A stretch of 64,000 nt of DNA from positions 1-64,000 of the forward strand of contig JAQGDQ010000115.1 of NCBI GenBank assembly GCA_030141605.1, given 5' to 3'. Under the pieces are notes generated by a model. The model worked only from the letters and a program-made list of their open reading frames with translations. It did no database searches and had not been told where the DNA came from. The stretch comes from Tubiluchus corallicola (Eukaryota; Animalia; Priapulida). Shown piece by piece: positions 50,437-63,069 of this stretch (within the stretch, counting starts at the first letter, position 1; each line of letters begins with the position of its first letter). The position numbers were made by a program, and so were the translations under genes.

Positions 50437-50965
50437 AAACTATCTGAGGCATCACCTGACAGCAAAAGACGTTTTCAAAACTGTCTGAGTGATTACCTGA
50501 TAGCTCAAAACGTCTTCCAAACTATCCGAGGCATCACCAGACAGCAAAAGACGTTTGCAAAACTGTCTGAGTGATTACCTGATAGCTCAAAACGTCTTCG
50601 AAACTGTCTGAATGATTATCTAGCAGCTCAAAACGTTTTCCACACTATTTGAGGCATCACCTGACAGCAAAAGACGTTTGCAAAACTATTCGAGGCATCA
50701 CTTGACAGCAAAAGACGTTTTCAAAACTGGCTGGGTGATCACTTGACAGCTCAAAGCGTCTTCGAAACTATCTGAGTGATCACTTGACAGCTCAAAACGT
50801 TTTCCACACTATCTGAGGCATCACCTGACAGCTCAAAACGTCTTCGAAACTATCCGAGGCATCACCTGACAGCTCAAAACGTCTTCGAAACTATCCGAGG
50901 CATCACCTGACAGCAAATGACGTTTTGAAACTGTCTGAGTGATCACCTAGCAGCTCAAAGCGTTT
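50437..50965. repeat. 41-bp minisatellite x ~13, two interleaved subtypes
   Basis: AAACTATCCGAGGCATCACCTGACAGC.. versus AAACTGTCTGAGTGATTACCTGATAGCTC.. Confidence 0.9.
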
Positions 50966-51563
50966 CGTTCCAGAAACACAAGAGATTGATTGTGGTATGT
51001 AGGCATATTAACGTCACATGATTCAGCTGCCAAACGTGTGAACACTCAAACTTTTTTGAAAGTGAAAGGGTGAACGTTAATTATATTTATATACACAGTA
51101 TTTTTATTGTGCGCACGCGCAGTTGCAGTCGGTCAAAGGTTAAGTGTACCACAGCAGCGCGTCTTAATTACAACCGTCGTGAAGGTAAAGCAAAGGCGTC
51201 TGTTGCATCAGTTCAGTAACGTCAGTCGTTTTACGTGGATTTTACTTGATTATGCATTCGTCTGTGCGTAGGGTGTTCTACTAGCAGGATCTTGTTTGGG
51301 AACAAGAAAAAATGAACTAGGTAAGGTTCTAGTGTTCTAGTAGCTGTTAAAACAGTTACTATTACAATAGCATGGGCTGCGAGGCTATGTCAAGCATACG
51401 CAAATGCGTTGTCTAGTATACTTAACCTTTGACCTTTTCACGATTATCATCAGTCGTTGGAACTGTGTGAAAAGGCTTATTACTAAGTTGATATTTTTTC
51501 AAAGAAATGTTTACAACGTTGGTTTAACTGTGAATCCAGCCTTACCACATTTTTCTTTTGCAG

Positions 51564-51707
51564 GTGTTTGCTCAAATACCCAGTAATGTGCACTTGCCAG
51601 AACATGTCTGCCAGAAGCAAAAAAATTACAATCAGAGGACAGATTACGACTTGAACACAGGTCTCAAAATTTTCTTTAGTACAAGTGTTGATATTTCTGA
51701 ACATTAG
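51564..51707 (+). CDS. Pentraxin gene exon 6: terminal (stop 51707), or a linker if the weak donor after 51660 is used
   Basis: Acceptor TTTTCTTTTGCAG; VFAQIPSNVHLPEHVC is homologous to VFLEPPSSVNLPPHFC at 62805. CAG|GTCTCA gives the phase 1 needed for 53991. Confidence 0.7.
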   Translation: MFAQIPSNVHLPEHVCQKQKNYNQRTDYDLNTGLKIFFSTSVDISEH

Positions 51708-52164
51708 TCACTTTGACAAATTGACAATGTGCGCAAAAGGAAAGAACAAGTCACTCAGTATGTTTATTTTACTGCTTCACTTAAACTTAGTAAAATACAA
51801 CAAAGATATTTGCAAAGACAAACTGTCTGTAAAGCATAAACTTAAAATACACAACCTCTGAATAGAAATTTTCAGGCGCGGTGTTTGCCGCCATTTACTT
51901 GAAGCTCGTGACGTACTAGGATACTTCGTGACTTTCCGTAAGCGCGCGCTGCTTAAACTAATTCAAACTTCTGCAGCTTACCCAATGTTCACGCAGAGAT
52001 ATTACAATATTAGCTGCCTAATTTTTTTGTAAAAACTTATTATACTTTTGGCGAAGATTGACAGCACGCTGCTTTTCTTCAAGACGAATGACGTCATCAG
52101 AAGAATAATGGGCATTGAAACTGAAGCGCCCAAGCATCAAATGATGTACATAATCATTGTTAAA

Positions 52165-52597
52165 CAGTCAACCTCGGGTATAAGGTACTCGTTTAGAAGG
52201 GACATTCGCTTATAAGGGACCACCAACACCGGTCCCGATTTTTCGTAACGTTTTTCCTTATAAAAATCTTCGTATATAAGGTACTCGGATATAAGAGACT
52301 TTCGGTTATAAAGGACGATATCTTCAGGTCCCGCGTAATAGAAACCCAGGTAAATTACCTCGCATATAAACGACCCTATGATCAAAGCGAAATTGATCGA
52401 TTTTTAACCTCAGTTTTTCGCGCTCGGCCCTCGATTTTCGCGGTCACATACATCTCGCATCACTAAAGGAGCTTCCTACATACCGTTTGCACATAACGTG
52501 TAGCAATAATCCATAAAAATATGGGTAAAAGTACAGAAAAGTACAGGTCTGGATACAGCCTTGGTCTGACTCAACTTCGGCTATAAAGGACATCGGG
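52165..52597 (+). mobile_element. pogo/Tigger-like non-autonomous element
   Basis: Starts CAGTCAACCTCGGGTATAAG and has repeated TCG..TATAAG subterminal motifs. Confidence 0.45.
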
Positions 52598-52599
52598 TA

Positions 52600-52964
52600 T
52601 GGTTGGCATCCTTCTGTCTCGGAAGACAATGGAGTGTGCATCAAGAGAGTCAGTTATTGATCACATTGATAGAGCTGCAGCGTCGACTGTGGCTGAGCAA
52701 TCCGATCCTTGAACGTCTCCAGGGCGCACGCCTGGGTAAGGTGTATGGAGATCCTGAGTTGCCCAGACAACAGGAACCCCCTCTCTTCCTCGCTGGTGTA
52801 GTCCAAAGGAAAGCGGAGCGATACGCTTGGCACCAGGTTGGCTGCAGGAGCTGCCGGAGTCAGGGAGCATGCTGCACTGGTCCGCCTTCGGTGCTCCACT
52901 CCTGATTTGGAAGGTTTACTCCTCTACACATGGCCATTGGGTCACTTGACCTCCTCCACCCTCA
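52600..52964 (-). mobile_element. Bipartite non-autonomous RTE-derived retroelement (copy 2)
   Basis: High identity to 18130-18496. Confidence 0.7.
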
Positions 52965-52968
52965 GACA

Positions 52969-53926
52969 CTTGACTATGGCAAATAAGCAATCCCAGCTTC
53001 AAACGCTTGGCTAGGGCAAATGAAGAATCCCAGCTTCCAATGCTAGTCTAGGGCAAGTGAGCAATCCCAGCTCCAAACGCTTGACTAGGGCAGATGAACA
53101 ATCCCATCTTCAAACGCTAGACTAGGGCAAGTGAACAATCCCAGCTTAAAACGCTTGACAAGGCAAATGAACAATCCCAGCTTCAAATGCTTGATTAGGG
53201 CAAATGAACAATTCCACCTTCAAACGCTTGACTAGGGCAAGTGATCAATCCCAGCTTCAAACACTAGACTAGGGCAAATAAACTATCCCAGCTTGAAACG
53301 CTTGACTAGGGCAAATGAACAATCCCAGCTTCAAACACTAGACTAGGGCAAATGAAAAATCCCAGCTTGAAACGCTTGACTAGGGCAAATGAACAATTTC
53401 AGCTTCAAATGCTCGACTAGGGCAAATGAAGAATCCCAGCTTCAAACACTTGACTAGGGCAAATGAAGAATCCCAGCTTCAAACGCTTGACTAGGGCAAA
53501 TGAACAATCCCACCTTCAAACGCTTGACTAGGGCAAGTGATCAATCCCAGCTTCAAATGCTAGACTAGGGCAAATAAACAATCCCAGCTTCAAACGCTTG
53601 ACTAGGGCAAATGAAGAATCCCACCTTCAAATGCTTGACTAGGGCAAATGAAAAATCCCAGCTTCAAACGCTTGACTAGGGCGAATGAAGAATCCCAGCT
53701 TCAAACGCTTGACTAGGGCAAGTGAACAATCCCAGCTTCAAACGCTTGACTAGGGCAAAGGAAGAATCCCAGCTTCAAACACTTGACTAGGGCAAATGAA
53801 CAATCGCAGCTTCAAGTGCTAGACTAGGGCAAATAAACAATTCCAGCTTCAAATGCTACTAGGGCAAATGAAGAATCCCAGCTTCAAACGCTTGACTAGG
53901 GCAAATGAACAATCCCAGCTTCAAAT
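52969..53926. repeat. 37-bp minisatellite x ~26
   Basis: CTTGACTAGGGCAAATGAACAATCCCAGCTTCAAACG; starts at 53341 and 53378. Confidence 0.95.
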
Positions 53927-53990
53927 TTCAGCTTGCGAAGTTCTTCATCTAGGCGACACAAGTAAATTTCAGTAATATTCACTTTTTCAG

Positions 53991-54102
53991 CCAGCGAAGG
54001 GTCATTTGATCTCAGTTTTACTGGAATGGATAATAGTCGAGTAGAACTCCACGGATCGGTTTTACGAAAACGGGGAAAATTTCCGGAATACACTGCATGC
54101 GG
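53991..54102 (+). CDS. Pentraxin domain 2, first exon
   Basis: Acceptor CTTTTTCAG; SEGSFDLSFTGMDNSRVELHGSVLRKRGKFPEYTAC; GG|GTATGT, phase 1-2. Confidence 0.85.
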
Positions 54103-57100
54103 GTATGTATAATTCACAGGACTACTAACTAGTCAACAATAAGCCTTTTCACAGTTTCGTTGTGCGCACGTGCAGTTGCTGTAGGTCAAAGGTTAAGTGT
54201 GCTACAGCAACGTGTCTTAACTACAACGTGATAGGTGGGTAAAACAAAGCCGTTTGCCGTGTCAGTTCAGTTGTGTCTGTTGTTTACATGGACTTTACTT
54301 AGTTATGCGTTAGTCTGTGCGTAGAGTGATTTGCTAGTAAGGATCTTGCTTGGCAATGAGAAAAAATGAACTGGGTAAGGCGCTAGCTAACTTTTAAAAC
54401 GGCTACTATTACAGTGGCATGGGATGCGAGTGTACACAAATGTGTCGTCTGGTAGACTTAACCTTTGACCTTTTTACAATGATCACCAATCGTTAGAACT
54501 GTGAAAAAGTTTATTCCATGTGCAGTCAAAAGTTTCGAACAACGCAGCTTTATGCACTGTGAGAAAACTAACATGTACCAGTCTTCTGCATCCAGCACTG
54601 AGGAAAAGCTCAATGAGGGGAAAGGGTTATGCTTATTGATGACGTTATTTAAATATTTGTTATTAAATTCGGGATGTGAGGCACTTTTTTATTTTAGACT
54701 TGCCCAATACATGACCTCAAGTATAAGTAGCGATGAATGTCCACGTGGACCATTTTAACAAGTTCCATAAATTTTGTTTACTTGATAGATACAAACCAAT
54801 CTCAATTCAACTCGTTCAGAGAGCAAAAAGACGATACGTACTTCAATGATTCTCTTCAGAAAACACAAAAGCAAATAATAATAATAATAATAATAATAGC
54901 AATGTGAAAGTCATTTTTGAAGTTGTTGTTCAGTCACTTTGTTATGATCGAGTTAGACACAGAGAAGTATGAATAGGAACAAAAATCTATAATAAATATT
55001 TGCACTGCACACATCAGAAAAGTGTTTATTAAACTACAGAAAACATGAGTAGCAAAACTGCTGCACTGAACATTGAGCAAAAACTAGAAAGCAAAAACAG
55101 TCAGTAAAACCTGTTTCACAGCCAGTATACAGGTATTGAACTTGGCCTATGCAGACTTGCACAGGCTTCACAACAACCATTAATTTTAAATAGGGAGAGG
55201 ACCAGTGTGTATGTATTCACTAGACCATACAATTATACTGAAGGTAAGTCAGCTGGTAGAATGTAACAGGATTAGCACAAAGATGGCAGCACCTAATTAC
55301 GATGTACAATTCCAACTTCCACAATTGTATAATAACTCTTTTAGTCCGTGGCATTAGTAGCCCTGTGTGTCTCTATAGTTTCTGTAAGGTTTACTCACAG
55401 TTAAATACCAATAAAATCTTTAGACAACACTAGAACCGACAGCGAAAACGACGAATTCATCACTGATCGTCCGATCTCGACGACATTTCTTTATCAAGTA
55501 GCAAAAGAACGCTGACACGTGGGTGGATAGCATGATAAGCGTCAACAAACCGAACATTTGACGAAATTTCGGACTCTCAGCACGACTTCACAAAAAACTA
55601 TCCCACTTCTATTCACAGGGAAAACTAAGTCATAGATCATTAATGGTAAATCGGTTTTGGTTACATCAGGACCTCGTAAGTGGCAATTCTCTGCTCGTAA
55701 CGGTCCTTCCTTTTTTACTTCTCGTTGAAACGGTAACGGTAACGGAAACTGTAAACGTAACGGTTCTTCCTTTTTTCACTTCGCGTTGAAACAGTGAAAT
55801 GCATAGCTTTAAAATCACATTATCTGCCAGAGTTTGTTCCAGTTTATGACGTATTTGACACTTATCTAACAGATTTTGTATTACAGTCTTGAGAGTATCG
55901 TATGTTTAAGTGTCATCACTAAGTCTTGTTTGTGATGGTTACGTTTTTATTGCAATATCCATATCGAAAATTCTTAGAGTATTTAGTCTACGGCTCTAGG
56001 AAGCTTGTTTGTATTGTAATTGAACAGTACACGTGTGTCTGGAAACTCGTTGTCAGACTTTTGCAGACAGTTTTCTTCGGTTTTTAATGAGAGCAAAGAG
56101 ACTTCTTTCAGAAGGGTTACAGGTGGCTTCTCAACCTATTTCGCAACGTATTTTTGTTGCTCTACCTAAGCATGTAAATTACCTTTTCAAAAGTTTTGTT
56201 GCCCTTGAACGTGGGAAAATCTTTCACGTTTACCTTACCGGAATTGCAAATATGCACAATGGCATCTTATAACTGCCTGCTTTTCGTTTGAACCTGTGAA
56301 AAATTCATTAAATTGATCATTAATTTCAGTGATTTCATATTCATGAAGTGAAAGTGATCCATTGTATTTTGCTCGAGAAATGTCTGAAAAGGCACAAAAT
56401 TGTTTCACTTATGCAGCCCTAGAAGTTAATCGCTTCAATAGCTGCCACGTAAGGCGTTCTACGTTCATTGCGTGTCTCCTGTTTATTCTCAACGAAACTT
56501 AAAGTCAAACTAAATCCTCACTTAAATTTGACGAACCGCCATTTATCGCTGCGCGAGACGAATGACGTAATGAGCACAGTCACGAGGTCACCAAAAATCA
56601 ATAAACAAGCATCCGTAACCGAAGACGCTTTTCGTATTACGTACGTCATTCTCGCCCACTCGCACCAAAGACGCAAAAATGGCGATCTTTACGGCAACGC
56701 ACGCATTCGAATTCGCCAGAAAGTTTCTTTTGTTTAATAATAGCTATGAAATCTTTGCGTAATATTAATGCGTTAATAAAACTTCAATGTCTGTGGGGCA
56801 TTAAATGGCCCATTAACGAGGCAACCAGAATAAAACCGCTGAGGATTTCTGCAAAACAATTTACAAAGCGTGGTTCCAAGGCTGTTATTACGTGAAGCTA
56901 CAGCCTCTGTTAAGTTATGTTCATCACCTCGTCTCGCCAATGCTGGACCTACTGTAAACAGACAAAAGACTTAGCAGATAGGGATTGTTATTATGTACAA
57001 AACTCCGTGGTTTCACGAATCATATACCTAAGGCCTATATACATATAACTAGTGCGTGAAAACAATAGTAGCCAAGCTAAGTTGTTTAAGATTACGAAAA

Positions 57101-57321
57101 TGCTTTTAAAATGTAAAGAAGCGACTCCATATCCAGATTACGAATGTTGTTCTGCTGTTGCTAATGATCACAATGACAAATTTATCCATAAAATCATGCA
57201 GATATAAAGTCATGTAAATTATTTTGCTTGTGAAAATCAAGCCTGTATTCTTGTTTGTAATGAAAAGTAGTCCTATCCCAATCACGCAACCACTTATCAT
57301 GCGTGGTTTCATTTTGCACAG

Positions 57322-57429
57322 GTGGTTCAAAACTTCAGCTGTTCCAGGTAAACTTGGCACGGATGAGCAAGCGATTGGCTGGTATATTAAAAATGAAAGT
57401 GGCAAGTATGGTGCTCTACCCTGCGGAGA
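57322..57429 (+). CDS. Pentraxin domain 2, second exon
   Basis: WFKTSAVPGKLGTDEQAIGWYIKNESGKYGALPCG; 108 nt, phase 2-2, same size as 44996-45103. Confidence 0.88.
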
Positions 57430-57683
57430 GTAAGCTTTATTTATTTACTTTTATTTCATAGTCTGTTTATCATGCAAGGAAACGATTGAGACATTAACAC
57501 TGGGATATGGCAGAGATTGAATTCTGTGTTTATACTATATGGGTTTCATACATGTATACGTGATGTCGTCCTATGTTTGTAAATGTGTAAATATTTCGTT
57601 TTTTATAAATACCTTATTTGCACTTTTGTGAGCGTGTGTGTTATGTAAATGACAGTAACAATTTGCACTAATGTTTACTCAAT

Positions 57684-58000
57684 ATGATGATGTTCGTCCT
57701 TCAAATCGAAGATGACCATAGTGACAGGGATAAAGGGTGAGTTTGGGGGGTTGTCATTCCTTTGATGAGCTCGAAGGTGACTGACTAGGCCAATTCTGAC
57801 CTGGAAACTTCTTTGACATTTGGCACAGGTGAGGCTGGGAGTTTGGACCTGTTGTTGGGCAGTGTCACATGCCTTGCGTCTCCTGCGCTTCTCCTCTGCC
57901 TCCTCAATTCTTTTCGCCTCTGCTGTCTTAGCCCCTGTGGTGATGGCACTTCGCCATGCTGAGCGATCTTGTGCAAGGGTTTCCATTGAATCCATGCTGA
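57684..58000 (-). mobile_element. RTE-clade LINE 3' end
   Basis: ETLAQDRSAWR..CAKCQRSFQVRIGLVSHLRAH (C2H2) followed by GTCATCTTCGA..GAAGGACGAACATCATCAT. Confidence 0.85.
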
Positions 58001-58456
58001 GCTCCTTGAGTGAGAAAATATGTATATATGTATATTAAATATTAACACTCTGCTGAATTACGTAAACACAGTGTGCCACTACCTGGATTAGGTTTCCTTT
58101 CCTAAAACATCTCTGGAAAAACTTAAACTCTCAACGGTGAAATTTCACCTCGGGTCATAAACAACCTGCAAAAAGATGCAAAATTGTGACGTATTTATAA
58201 GTTGATGACGTCAGTATAAAACGGATGTCATCCCCAAAAGTTTGGGGCGCCTCGGGTGTCCAACGTACATATTTCGGATGAATTAGCGCAACTTGTTAAC
58301 TTACATAATGTAATGTATTTATTGACAACATATATATATATACATTATATGCATATACATTTACGATTTTAACAATACAACCGATATATATATATATATT
58401 GGTTGTATTATTAAAATCGTAAATGTATATGTATATAATGTATGTAAATAGAAGTG

Positions 58457-58548
<92 letters not shown>

Positions 58549-58710
58549 ATATATATTTATATTGGTTGTATTAATAAAATCGTAAATGTATCATTCATCT
58601 AAATGTTAGTGACAATCATCATTTTTAATTACCCAGCCAGCTGCCATACATGCCATAATTATGTTATTTTGATTATACAATACACAATGTTCATTGATAA
58701 TTGTGTACAG

Positions 58711-58840
58711 TGCGGCTTTATATCGGAATGTGCCTGGATACAGATCTGATCGTTTTTGCGATGGACGCTGGCACCATGGGTGTGGGACCTTCAGTCTCTC
58801 AGCTAGAATGGTAACATTGTATTGGGACTGTGGCAAAGAG
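58711..58840 (+). CDS. Pentraxin domain 2, third exon
   Basis: FCDGRWHHGCGTFSLSARMVTLYWDCGKE; phase 2-0. Confidence 0.88.
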
Positions 58841-58944
58841 GTTTGTTTAATTTCAGTATTATTTGTAGTTTGTTATTTGTCTGCCTACATGTAGTAATGT
58901 AATACTAGCCAAACCCCACAAAAAGAATTTTGTGCACAAATCAA

Positions 58945-59550
58945 CACACAACCCACACCACACCTCCCACACCATACCACTCCACCTCATCACACCACAC
59001 TGCACCACACCATACCACCACACCACACTGCACTGCACCATACCGCCTACACACCACACCTCCCACACCATACCACTCCCCTCATCACACCACACTGCAC
59101 CACACCATACCACCACACCGCACCGCACCGCACCATACCACCTACACACCACACCACCCACACCATACCACTCCACCACATCACACCACACTGCACCACA
59201 CCATACCACTGCACCACCCACACACCACACCACACCACCCACACCATACCACTCCATCGCATCACACCACACCGCATCACACCATACCACTGCAGCACAC
59301 CGCACCACCCACACACCACACCACACCACCCACACCATACGACTCCACCACATCATACCACACTGCAACACACCTTACCACTGCACCACACCACACACCA
59401 CCACCCACACACCACACCACACCACCCACTCCATACCACACTACCCACACCACACACACCCTATCACCCCACCACACCATCCATAGCACAACACACAAAG
59501 CACACCACCACCACACCACACAACCCACACCACATCAAATCCACCACCTC
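58945..59550. repeat. CAC/CCA-rich low-complexity repeat
   Basis: Seen directly. Confidence 0.92.
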
Positions 59551-60338
59551 ACGTGGTGATCATGATGTTGATGATGATGATGATGATGGTGGCAACGATG
59601 ACGAGCACAAGCACCAACAGCACAGCATTACAACAAAACCATTCCAAACATTTTTCACAAAGTTGAAACTATGTGCTATAATATAATAAATGCTCTTAGT
59701 CTGTTTACCATTGATCAATAATGCACGGACATTCCACGTAGTTTTGTTTGCTGCTTCTCAGATGATAATAGGCTAACAGAACTGATTTATATGTGCAATC
59801 TATACTGCTATAGAAGGACGGGTGAAGACAATGCCTGGAACAGCCAATTGATGTTCCAAATAGCGTGCAGCACAGGGGGTAGAAAAAGAACTCCGAAATA
59901 CACCCCTCGCCCGGTATACATCTCCCAACAAGACCTTTAACATTTTGTAGACCGGTTCGGCCTCTTTCTAAGAGTGTGCTAATTTTTTCCCAGCATGCCC
60001 AAACAGTTGCACAAATTGAGTTTTCCTACAGGCTGTTTGAGCAGTTTTCTGCAAAATTTGCCTGGATGAGTCCGGGAAAACGCCCGTCACGGGGCGCCAC
60101 GCCCCTCCCCAGAATTCTAAATATGACTATAACACCCACTGTAGAACGGCCTATCCATAGCCAGCACCAGCCAGGCACATTCCCGTTCTCCAGAAATAAG
60201 AGGTATACGTTCTGAAAAAAATGGCCGTTTTTGGAGTATATTGGTATATATATATGGGCGGTTATTAACTTATTGGTTACTATTATAGTTACTGTGCTGT
60301 AATGTTAGCTGTAATTCTTGCTGTCAGGTCCAGTGTTA

Positions 60339-61349
60339 TGGCGCGTTCAGACGTAGGACTTCTTTCGTAAGCTGTTGCGCAACTTTTCTCTGAGAGTAAA
60401 GTTGCAATGTGTGAACGGCTTGGCAACTTCTCTCACAACTTGTTGCAACGTGTGAACAGCTTGGCAACTTCTCTCACAACTTGTTGCAAGGTGTGAACAG
60501 CTTGGCAACTTCTCTCACAACTTGTTGCAACGTGTGAACAGCTTGGCAACTTCTCTCACAACTTGTTGCAACGTGTGAACAGCTTGGCAACTTCTCTTGA
60601 AACTTGTTGCAACGTGTGAACGGCTTGGCAACTTCTCTCACAACTTGTTGCAACGTGTGAACGGCTTCGCAACTTCTCTTGAAACTTGTTGCAACGTGTG
60701 AACGGCTTGGCAACTTCTCTCACAACTTGTTGCAACGTGTGAACAGCTTGGCAACTTCTCTTGAAACTTGTTGCAACGTGTGAACGGCTTGGTAACTTCT
60801 CTCACAACTTGTTGCAACGTGTGAACGGCTTGGCAACTTCTCTTGAAACTTGTTGCAACGTGTGAACGGCTTGGCAACTTCTCTCACAACTTGTTGCAAC
60901 GTGTGAACAGCTTGGCAACTTCTCTCGCAACTTGTTGCAACGTGTGAACGGCTTGGCAACTTCTCTTGAAACTTGTTGCAACGTGTGAACGGCTTGGCAA
61001 CTTCTCTCACAACTTGTTGTAACGTGTGAACGGCTTGGCAACTTCTCTTGAAACTTGTAGCAACGTGTGAACGGCTTGGCAACTTCTCTCACAACTTGTT
61101 GCAACGTGTGAACAGCTTGGCAACTTCTCTTGAAACTTGTTGCAACGTGTGAACAGCTTGGCAACTTCTCTCACAACTTGTTGCAACGTGTGAACGGCTT
61201 GGCAACTTCTCTCGCAACTTGTTGCAACGTGTGAACGGCTTGACAACTTCTCTCGCAACTTGTTGCAACGTGTGAACGGCTTGGCAACTTCTCTCAGCTA
61301 GAAGTTGCGCAACAAGTTACGAGAGAAGTCTCTACGTCTGAACGCGCCA
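60339..61349. mobile_element. PIF/Harbinger-like MITE carrying an internal 41-bp satellite (~22 copies)
   Basis: TTA|TGGCGCGTTCAGACGTAG ... CTACGTCTGAACGCGCCA|TTA: perfect 18-bp TIR and a 3-bp TTA TSD. Confidence 0.85.
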
Positions 61350-61419
61350 TTAGTTTTGCTGTTTTTGCTATTGTTGGCTGTAGTTAAGGGATCAGTAACT
61401 AATAAATTTACTGTTGCAG

Positions 61420-61689
61420 CATGGTGGCTTGACTGTCGAAATCCCTTTACTTGCTGGAGAAGGGCCACTCGATTTATCCAATGTAGGTGATGACGACATA
61501 TTTATGTCCTTTGGTGGTGTATTTGATGGTACTATAAATGCAGACTATCGAGGATTTGAATCTGGTATAAATTTCTACGAAGGTGTATTTCCACCAGAAA
61601 AGCTGCTGTATTACTGCAAACCGTATTACCACGATGATGGTGACATCTTAAGCTGGGGAGATTTGAGAGGAGGCCAACATCGAGGAGAG
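61420..61689 (+). CDS. Pentraxin domain 2, fourth exon
   Basis: SFGGVFDG..YRGFESGINFYEGVFPPEKLLYYC..GDILSW..RGE; 270 nt, phase 0-0; donor GTAAGC. Confidence 0.9.
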
Positions 61690-62242
61690 GTAAGCTTTAG
61701 TTGTATTTAGAGGTATTCAATTGCTCCAGCTATTAAAAATGCCAACTAGCTGTCCATATTTAAAATAAATTATAAATTAAACTTACTTGAAACATATAAC
61801 TGATCACTCAATCATGATTTGTTGTTTTTCATTTTCAAAAACTTCCCCTCTAGTATAATAATATTTTTATTACTTACCACCCGTATTTATATTTGTATAT
61901 ATTGTAATTTTTTTCGTAACTAATTCTAGTGGCCTACCATACGCTAGCTTTTTAGGTCTCTAGCGCAGAATTCATGAACTATATCAGTTTTTTGTATTAA
62001 CAAAAACTGATTATCGATGCACATGTAATGTATATGTATATGTTTATTGCGAAGTAGTTCTTCTGAGCTTCATGGTTCGAATATGGTACCTAAAATGCTG
62101 CTTGAGAAAGAGTTGAATTGCTTTATTTTACATAATTTTGAAATAACGTTCAGTTGCTTAGCCGTTTTGAGAAGTCCAGCCACTCTAATGATTTTATGGA
62201 TGATTTTCTAACGCTTAAAACAACAAATCAATTTCATCCATT

Positions 62243-62785
62243 GAAATGGATACAAAACACCAGTTTAACTTGTTGACCAAAAGTTTCTTTATTCTGAAAG
62301 ACAATTATTAACATTTAGTTTAACTTGCATTGAATAGAAGAAAATTAGTTGCATGATTAAATGTATTGCTATAACTAAGTACTGATATAAAAATTATGTA
62401 AACTATATTGAAATTAATTAACAATAACTTACGTTGTTAGAGCCTTTAACAGTTACAAAGACAGGAACTCAAAGTAGCCTTAAGAACAACAGTGTCGCAA
62501 CAATAAATTCGTAAGAAATTTACAGTCATAATGCTCATCACAGTCAGAAAAATAGAGCAATGGCGGAGAGAACCAAAAGACGGGTAAAATGTCATACAAC
62601 TACTACAGCTATATCTCACGAAAGGCCAAAATGCTATTGTATTGAAGGATATTAGGTGCTTCAATTTTAAAAGAGTGACTACTGTAAAAGGTAAAAAGCC
62701 TACTAAATTAACAAACAGGTGGCAGCACCGCGACAGTAACTGAGAACTAAATTAAAACCAAAAATGGGCCTATGCGCCCACTACA
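62243..62785 (+). mobile_element. Dispersed ~500-bp repeat, copy 2 (has an extra ~60 bp)
   Basis: High identity to 19360-19850. Confidence 0.85.
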
Positions 62786-62804
62786 ACCATGATTTCATTT
62801 GCAG

Positions 62805-62977
62805 GTATTTCTGGAACCGCCTAGCAGTGTGAATTTACCACCTCACTTTTGTTCCAACAATTCAGCTGGCAAAGAGGCATTTGATCTCTTTTTCACAGGA
62901 AACAATCACAGTCGTGTTGAATTAACAGGATCCATTTTACAAAAACAAGCACAGTTTTCCGAGTATACTCTATGCGG
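62805..62977 (+). CDS. Linker + start of pentraxin domain 3; gene continues beyond the window
   Basis: VFLEPPSSVNLPPHFCSNNSAGKEAFDLFFTGNNHSRVELTGSILQKQAQFSEYTLC; phase 0-2; GG|GTATGT. Confidence 0.85.
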
Positions 62978-63069
62978 GTATGTTTAATGCATTAAACAAG
63001 TAGGAACACCTCCTAAACTGACTATTACGCATAACTAATGGTTTAAAACCATTATCAATGATCCATAGA

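Noticed and set aside
50437-50965. Hammerhead ribozyme in the 41-bp satellite (CTGACAG..GTC..CGAAAC)
   Set aside because: The core needs CTGANGA, which is absent, and the stems cannot be formed.
52969-53926. CRISPR-like look of the 37-, 41-, 49- and 56-bp arrays
   Set aside because: Head-to-tail units with no unique spacers, no cas genes, and a eukaryotic intronic context.
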